DNA from: an uncultured delta proteobacterium
GTDB taxonomy: Bacteria; Myxococcota_A; Polyangia; Haliangiales; Haliangiaceae
Direction: 5' to 3'
Assembly: GCA_963848295.1 (NCBI GenBank)
Contig: CAWKDB010000010.1
Location: 3,232,001-3,296,000, forward strand
DNA length: 64,000 bases
The notes beneath the pieces are model-generated. The model worked only from the letters and a program-made list of their open reading frames with translations. It was not told the origin of the DNA and did no database searches. The position numbers and the translations under genes are program-made. Shown here piece by piece: positions 58,527 through 64,000 of the stretch. The first letter of the stretch is position 1; the number at the start of each line of letters is the position of its first letter.

Positions 58527-59171
58527 ATGACGAAAGTTGCGGTGCTCGGCTCCGGCCAGGTCGGCGAGGTCCTCGCGAACGGATTTCTCACGCACGGTCA
58601 TGTCGTGATGCGCGGGTCGCGCGAGCCGAGCAAGCTCGCGGCGTGGCAGGCGGGTGCGAAAGGCGAGGCGAGCACCGGCACGTTTGCGGACGCCGCGAAG
58701 TGGGGCGAGCTGATCGTGCTCGCGGTCAAAGGTGCGGCCGCCGAGGCGGTGATCGAGCTCGCCGGCGCCGCGAACCTCGCGGGCAAGACCGTGCTCGATA
58801 CGACGAACCCGATCAGCGACAAGCCGCCGATCCACGGCGTGATCCAGTACTTCACGACTGGCGAGTCGTTGATGGAGCGGCTGCAGCAAAAATCGCCGAG
58901 GGCCCACTTCGTCAAGGCGTTCAGCTCGGTCGGCAGCGCCTTCATGGTCAACCCGAAGTTTCCGATGACGCCGACGATGTTCATCTGTGGCAACGACGCG
59001 GGCGCGAAGCAGCAGGCGACCGCGATCCTGACCCAGTTCGGCTGGGAGACCGCCGACATGGGCGGCGTCGAAGCGGCGCGCGCGATCGAGCCGTTGTGTA
59101 TCTTGTGGTGCATCCCGGGATTGCTTCGCAACGACTGGGCTCACGCGTTCAAGTTGATGCACCCCGCGTGA
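58527..59171 (+). CDS. NADPH-dependent F420 reductase-like (F420_oxidored family)
   Basis: VLGSGQVG, DTTNP, VKAF, CGND, ARAIEP. Confidence 0.9.
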   Translation: MTKVAVLGSGQVGEVLANGFLTHGHVVMRGSREPSKLAAWQAGAKGEASTGTFADAAKWGELIVLAVKGAAAEAVIELAGAANLAGKTVLDTTNPISDKPPIHGVIQYFTTGESLMERLQQKSPRAHFVKAFSSVGSAFMVNPKFPMTPTMFICGNDAGAKQQATAILTQFGWETADMGGVEAARAIEPLCILWCIPGLLRNDWAHAFKLMHPA

Positions 59172-60172
59172 GGCCGCGGCTGTCAGCGATCGCTGTGCTC
59201 GCCGCGTGCGGCTCGCCGACCGCGACGCCGGATAGCCCGCCGCCGTCGCCGTGGAGTCAGGTCGCGACGTTGCCGGCTCCGCGTCTCGAGCCCGGGGTCA
59301 CGGCGCTCGGCGATCAGCTCGTCGTGCTCGGCGGGTTCGACACCGGCCTCGAAGCCGGGCTCGACATCACGACGCGGGTCGACGTGTTCGACACCGCGTC
59401 GGCGACCTGGTCGACCCTGCCCGATGCGCCGGTGTCGTGGACGCATATCCAGCTCGCCGCGGTCGGCACCACGCTCTATCTCCTGGGCGGGCTCGCCGGC
59501 CAGCAGTACGTCGCTCATGGCGAGGCCTTCTCGCTCGACACCTCGACGCCGGGCGCGACCTGGCAATCGCTCGCGCCACTGCCAGCCGGCTACGAGCGTG
59601 GCTCGGCGGCGGTGATCGTCGCGCCGCCGCGGATCTATCTCGCCGGCGGTGCATCGACGAGCGACGCGGTCGCGAGCGTCATCTACTACGACCTGGCGAT
59701 GAACGCGTGGTGCCCGGGCGCCGCATGCACGACGCCTCCGCCTGATCTGCCGAACGGCGGTCGCTCGCATCCCGCCGGCATGCTGCGGCCCGAAGACAAC
59801 GCGCTCGTCGTCGCCGGTGGCTTGATGACCCTCGACGCGACCGAGCCGGCGAGCGACGTCTCGATCCTGCCGCCGCTCGCGATCGCGTGGACGGCGGGCA
59901 CCCCGATGCCGACGGCGCGCGGCGGTTGTGCGTATGGCAACGTCGCCGGCCAGCTGGTCTGCGCGGGTGGCGAAGCGGGCGACGCGGCGCTCGACAACAC
60001 CGAGGCGTGGGATCCGAACACCGATACCTGGACGGTCGAAGCCGCGATGCCCGATTACCGCGCCGGCACGCAAGGCGCGGCGATCGGCGACCGGCTGTTC
60101 GTCCCCGGCGGCGCGGTCAAGCTGGTGTTCGAGCCACTCGACACGGTCTATCAGTACGCGCCGCTGGACTGA
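59168..60172 (+). CDS. Kelch-repeat lipoprotein
   Basis: Lipobox LAAC; repeated LYLLGG...FD...W motifs. Confidence 0.87.
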   Translation: MRPRLSAIAVLAACGSPTATPDSPPPSPWSQVATLPAPRLEPGVTALGDQLVVLGGFDTGLEAGLDITTRVDVFDTASATWSTLPDAPVSWTHIQLAAVGTTLYLLGGLAGQQYVAHGEAFSLDTSTPGATWQSLAPLPAGYERGSAAVIVAPPRIYLAGGASTSDAVASVIYYDLAMNAWCPGAACTTPPPDLPNGGRSHPAGMLRPEDNALVVAGGLMTLDATEPASDVSILPPLAIAWTAGTPMPTARGGCAYGNVAGQLVCAGGEAGDAALDNTEAWDPNTDTWTVEAAMPDYRAGTQGAAIGDRLFVPGGAVKLVFEPLDTVYQYAPLD

Positions 60173-60242
60173 GCGCGACACCGCCGGCGTCGCGCGGTTT
60201 GGAAGAAAATTAGATCGCGTCGCGCGGCCACGCGTTTGCTCG

Positions 60243-61763
60243 ATGATGAGGTCAACGCTCTTGGCTCTCGCCGTGCTCGGCGCAGCCGCGACTCGCGCCG
60301 ATGCCTTCTGTGGGTTCTATGTCGGCGGTGCCGGCGCGCAGATGTTCAACAACGCGAGCGAGGTCGTGTTGATGCGCCACGGTACGACGACCGTGCTGTC
60401 GATGCAGAACAACTATCAGGGCCCGCCCGAGCACTTCGCGCTCGTCGTGCCGGTGCCGGTTGTGGTCAAGCAAGCGCAGGTCAAGACGTTGCCGCGCGAG
60501 CTGTTCGACAAGATCGACACGCTCGGGGCGCCGCGACTGGTCGAGTACTGGGAACAAGATCCGTGCAAGTCCTACGTCGAGGACCGCTCGATGCCGATGC
60601 CGGACGTGGCCGAGGCCAGCGCGGATGATTCCGCGGAACCGCCGAAGGCCGACGACTACCACGTCAAGATCGAGGCGAAGTTCTCGGTCGGCGAGTACGA
60701 CATCGTCGTGCTGTCGGCGCAGGAGTCGACCGGGCTCGAACGGTGGTTGCATGCGAACCACTACACGATCCCCGACGGTGCCGAGCCGCTACTGCGACCG
60801 TACGTCGAGCAGGGCATGAAGTTCTTCGTCGCGAAGGTCGACCCGAAGAAGGTGACGTTCAAAGCCGGCATGGCGACGCTGTCGCCGCTGCGCTTCTACT
60901 ACGACAGTCCTGACTTCTCGCTGCCGATCCGCTTGGGCCTGGCGAACTCGCACGGGACGCAAGATCTGATCATCAACATCCTCGCACCCGACCTGCGCTA
61001 CGAAGTCGCGAACCATCCGAACGTCACGATCCCGACGAACCTGCCGGTGCGCGACGAAGTTCGCACGCGGTTCGGCGAGTTCTATGCGGCGCTGTTCGAT
61101 CACACGATCGAGGCGGTGCCCGACGCCGTCGTCACCGAGTACTCGTGGGACTCCGGCAGCTGCGATCCGTGCCCGGGGCCGACCCTCGACCCCGAAGATG
61201 TCGCGACGCTCGGAGCCGATGTCATCGGGTCGACCTATAAAGATGCAGACAACGCGAGCTACACGCTGACCCGGTTGCACGCGCGCTACGGCAAAGCCAT
61301 CAAGGACGACCTCGTGTTCCGCGCGGTCGAGCCGATCGTCGGCGGGCGCGGCATCCCGGACCCATCGGGCGCGGTGCCGATGGAAGTGACGCGCGACTCG
61401 ACGAACAACTTCCAGGGCCGCTACATCATCACGCATCCGTGGACCGGACCGATCGCATGCGCCGACCCGCATCGCGGTCAATGGGGCGGCCCGATCGATC
61501 CGTCGCAACAGATCGCGACCCAGGCGGCGACGAACCTCGCGTTCGCGCCGCGCGGCAACCTCCAGCTCGGGGCGATGCTCGCGAAGGACCTGCCGCAGAT
61601 CGGCATCATGTCGAGCATCGGCGCGCACCCGCCGATCCCGCCGCGCCAACCGCAAGGCTGCGGCTGCGCGACCAACGATCCGAGCGCGGGAACGGCGCTG
61701 TTCGGGCTCGTCGTCCTCGCCGTCCGCCGCCGACCATTTAGCGGGGGACGGTGTTCACTTTGA
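60243..61763 (+). CDS. DUF2330 domain protein with MYXO-CTERM-like tail
   Basis: AFCGFYV, FALVVPVP, APRLVEYWEQDPC, VGEYDIVVL, LTRLHARY; GCGC...TM...RRR; stop inside a repeat copy. Confidence 0.88.
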   Translation: MMRSTLLALAVLGAAATRADAFCGFYVGGAGAQMFNNASEVVLMRHGTTTVLSMQNNYQGPPEHFALVVPVPVVVKQAQVKTLPRELFDKIDTLGAPRLVEYWEQDPCKSYVEDRSMPMPDVAEASADDSAEPPKADDYHVKIEAKFSVGEYDIVVLSAQESTGLERWLHANHYTIPDGAEPLLRPYVEQGMKFFVAKVDPKKVTFKAGMATLSPLRFYYDSPDFSLPIRLGLANSHGTQDLIINILAPDLRYEVANHPNVTIPTNLPVRDEVRTRFGEFYAALFDHTIEAVPDAVVTEYSWDSGSCDPCPGPTLDPEDVATLGADVIGSTYKDADNASYTLTRLHARYGKAIKDDLVFRAVEPIVGGRGIPDPSGAVPMEVTRDSTNNFQGRYIITHPWTGPIACADPHRGQWGGPIDPSQQIATQAATNLAFAPRGNLQLGAMLAKDLPQIGIMSSIGAHPPIPPRQPQGCGCATNDPSAGTALFGLVVLAVRRRPFSGGRCSL

Positions 61764-61871
61764 CAACCGCCGTGGCCCGCCGGTTGACAGAGTGAACACC
61801 GTCCCCAGGTAAGTACTTGTCTTGGTTCGGTAGCCGCTGTCGTGCCGGTTGACAAAGTGAACACCGTCCCC
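61744..61871. repeat. REP-like triplet, subtype A: + copy 61744-61768, - copies 61782-61806 and 61847-61871
   Basis: First two copies form an inverted pair (about 26-bp stem, 2 mismatches); last two are direct repeats with a 65 bp period. Confidence 0.93.
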
Positions 61872-62996
61872 CTAGTCGAGGAGCTGCGCGAAGGCTTGCG
61901 GGACGGCCGCGAGGGGACCGTCGCCGCCCCCGAGCTGCGTGTAGTTGACGGTGCCGTAGGTGTGGTGCAGGGCCGCGGCGATCTTTGGTAATCCGACGGT
62001 GACGAGCTCGTGGAGCGCGCGATCGCGAGCGACGAGCTGCTCGACCTCGGCGAGCCGGCGTTGCTGGACCGCTTCGAGCGCGCCTTCCTGATCGCGCATG
62101 TCGGCTTCGCGCCGGCGCAACTCGAGTGCGACGTCGGCTTGGCTGCGGCCGAGCTCGTGCTCGACCTCTTGCCGGCGCAGCTTGAGCGAACGCTCGTGCT
62201 CGACCTCGAGGGTCGCGCCGCGATGGAGCGCCTCGATCCGCCCGCGCTCTGCTTCGAGCGCCGCGACCTCAGCGGCGGCACGCACCCGGCGTTGTTCCTC
62301 GCCGATCGCGATCGAGTGCAACATGCGATCGCGTTCGAGCTCCGAGCTGCGACGAGCGACGGTCGCCGATACTTCCGCGACATCGCGCTTGCGCTCGAGG
62401 TCGGCGAGCTCGGCGTGCGCGGCGATGCTGGCGCGATACGGCGCCTGGAGATGCGCGAACACTTGCTCGCTCTGGATCGTGACCTGCTGGATCTCGATCG
62501 TGTCGATCACGACGCCCCAGCCCTTCGAGGTCGTATCGTCCGGCGCGCCTTCGCCGCCGACGACCGGCGCGATCTCTTCCATCAGATAGCCGGCGATCGA
62601 TTCTTTGCGCCGGGTCAGGCAGTCCTCGAGCGAGAGGTTCGCGATCAACCGCCGCGCTGCACCGAGGAACATCTCGCGCAAGGTCGTGGCGAGGCGCTCG
62701 CTCGCGGCGACGCCGTCGGAGAAGTCGAGCACGCGAAACGCGAGCAGCGGTTCGGCGATGCGATAGACCGCGATGCCGGTGACCTCGACCCCGACGCGTT
62801 CGCGCGTGATCTGGTCCGCGGTGAACTCGATGCGCTGTAGCGTCGTCGGCACGACCGCCGTAGCGTGCCAGGGCCACTTGAAGATCCTCCGCCCTTGGCC
62901 GCTGCGCGCGCGATCGATCTGGCCTTTGCGCGTGCACACGAGAAACTCGCTCGGCTTGGCACCGACATATCCCCAGCGCTTCTCTTGTTCGGCCAT
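61872..62996 (-). CDS. SPFH (flotillin/band 7) domain protein
   Basis: AKPSEFLV, FTADQIT, GIAVYRI, WGVVIDTIEIQ, coiled coil. Confidence 0.85.
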   Translation of the reverse strand: MAEQEKRWGYVGAKPSEFLVCTRKGQIDRARSGQGRRIFKWPWHATAVVPTTLQRIEFTADQITRERVGVEVTGIAVYRIAEPLLAFRVLDFSDGVAASERLATTLREMFLGAARRLIANLSLEDCLTRRKESIAGYLMEEIAPVVGGEGAPDDTTSKGWGVVIDTIEIQQVTIQSEQVFAHLQAPYRASIAAHAELADLERKRDVAEVSATVARRSSELERDRMLHSIAIGEEQRRVRAAAEVAALEAERGRIEALHRGATLEVEHERSLKLRRQEVEHELGRSQADVALELRRREADMRDQEGALEAVQQRRLAEVEQLVARDRALHELVTVGLPKIAAALHHTYGTVNYTQLGGGDGPLAAVPQAFAQLLD

Positions 62997-63101
62997 GGTG
63001 CAACGAAATGCAGCCGCCATGCCTCGCTAACCATCGAGGGCGCCGTCCTGAAGCTGCTCGCCGATGAAGCAGCTGCTGCGAATTGGAGCTACAACTCGTG
63101 C

Positions 63102-63413
63102 GTGAGCTGCGCGCGCTGCGAGAACCCCGACGGAAAGGAAAAAACGTGGTGCGCCGACTGCGAGCGCGACTACGACATCTGGGTCCGTCAGCATGCGACC
63201 GACATCATCGGGGCGGTGCTCGGTGGCGCGGCCGTCGTGATGGTGTTCGCGATGCTGCTACCGGCGCTCGGCGTGGGAGTCGTGTACTCCGCCGGTGGTG
63301 CGTTTGGCGGGTTCGGCACGGTCATCGGCGCGACCCGGCTCAACCGCCGCCGCCGCCGCCGGCAGTTCCTCGCCGGTACGCTTCCGCGCGCATACCTCGC
63401 GCCGCCGAAGTAG
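63102..63413 (+). CDS. Small membrane protein with N-terminal Zn-finger-like CxxC...CxxC
   Basis: CARC...CADC then two TMs and an Arg run. Confidence 0.6.
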   Translation: MSCARCENPDGKEKTWCADCERDYDIWVRQHATDIIGAVLGGAAVVMVFAMLLPALGVGVVYSAGGAFGGFGTVIGATRLNRRRRRRQFLAGTLPRAYLAPPK

Positions 63414-63422
63414 GATTGCAAC

Positions 63423-64000
63423 ATGATCGGGATCCCCGCGGCGCTCGCGGTTTTCGGTTACGGCGAGTGGGCGACGCACAAGTACTTGCTGCACGGCCTC
63501 GGTCGCAACAAGGCTAGCAAGCTCGCGTTCCACTACCACGGGCATCACCAGGCGGTGCGCCGCAACGGCGGGTACGATCCGGCGTACGAAGGTCCGGTGT
63601 GGAGCACCCCGACGCAAGCGCGCGAGGCGTTCGGGCTCGCCGTCGTCGGGCTCGCGCATGCCCCGCTGTTTCCGATCGCGCCATTCTATACGTCGACGAT
63701 CTGGTACTGCCTGTATCGCTATCGCCGCGATCATCGCCGCGCGCATCTCGATCCGCAGTGGGGCCGCGATCATCTGAGCTGGCACTACGACCATCACATG
63801 GGCGATCAAGACCGCAACTTCGGGGTCGTGTGGTCGTGGTTCGATCAGTTGCATGGCACGCGCGAACAATTCGTCGGCAGCGAGCGCGAGCTCGCGATCC
63901 ACGACAAGCACGCGGCGCGCGCGGACACCGCGAAGGCCGGGGCCGCGCTCCGTGCCCAGCGCCGACGACCGTTGCGCCAGTTGCTCGCCCGGGTGATGGG
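63423..64000 (+). CDS. Fatty acid hydroxylase/sterol desaturase family protein, 3'-partial
   Basis: EWATHKYLLH, HGHH, HRRAH, HYDHH, NFGV...FDQL. Confidence 0.85.
   Translation, partial: MIGIPAALAVFGYGEWATHKYLLHGLGRNKASKLAFHYHGHHQAVRRNGGYDPAYEGPVWSTPTQAREAFGLAVVGLAHAPLFPIAPFYTSTIWYCLYRYRRDHRRAHLDPQWGRDHLSWHYDHHMGDQDRNFGVVWSWFDQLHGTREQFVGSERELAIHDKHAARADTAKAGAALRAQRRRPLRQLLARVM

Noticed and set aside
1..64000. rRNA, tRNA or riboswitch
   Set aside because: None recognised by eye and intergenic gaps are short; a covariance-model search would be needed to exclude small RNAs.

Overview
High-GC bacterial chromosome segment. MYXO-CTERM-like sorting tails, many lipoproteins, a Ser/Thr kinase and a DUF2330 protein suggest Myxococcota, probably Kofleriaceae/Haliangiales-like (inference). 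It holds about 60 densely packed genes: a minC-minD-minE operon (minD split by a 1-nt frameshift), four base-excision repair genes (tag, mug, family-5 UDG, xth), two GH25 muramidases, an S53 protease, an orphan contractile-injection-system tube-like gene, an Lnb/DUF4105-like protein, an Hc1-like small protein and an M28 peptidase with a large unknown N-terminal region. One intact IS1380-family element (CTAG target duplication) splits a lipoprotein gene, and a serine-hydrolase pseudogene has lost its catalytic core. The most striking unexplained structure is a dispersed 25-31 bp repeat family (GGGGACG-N-TGT-N6-TG[T/A]CAAC, 11 copies at 5 loci). It occurs as direct-repeat doublets with fixed 65 or 74-75 bp periods around unique spacers and repeatedly abuts or supplies gene stop codons. 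No rRNA, tRNA, cas genes or true CRISPR array were recognised. Product calls come from motif recognition by eye, not database searches.
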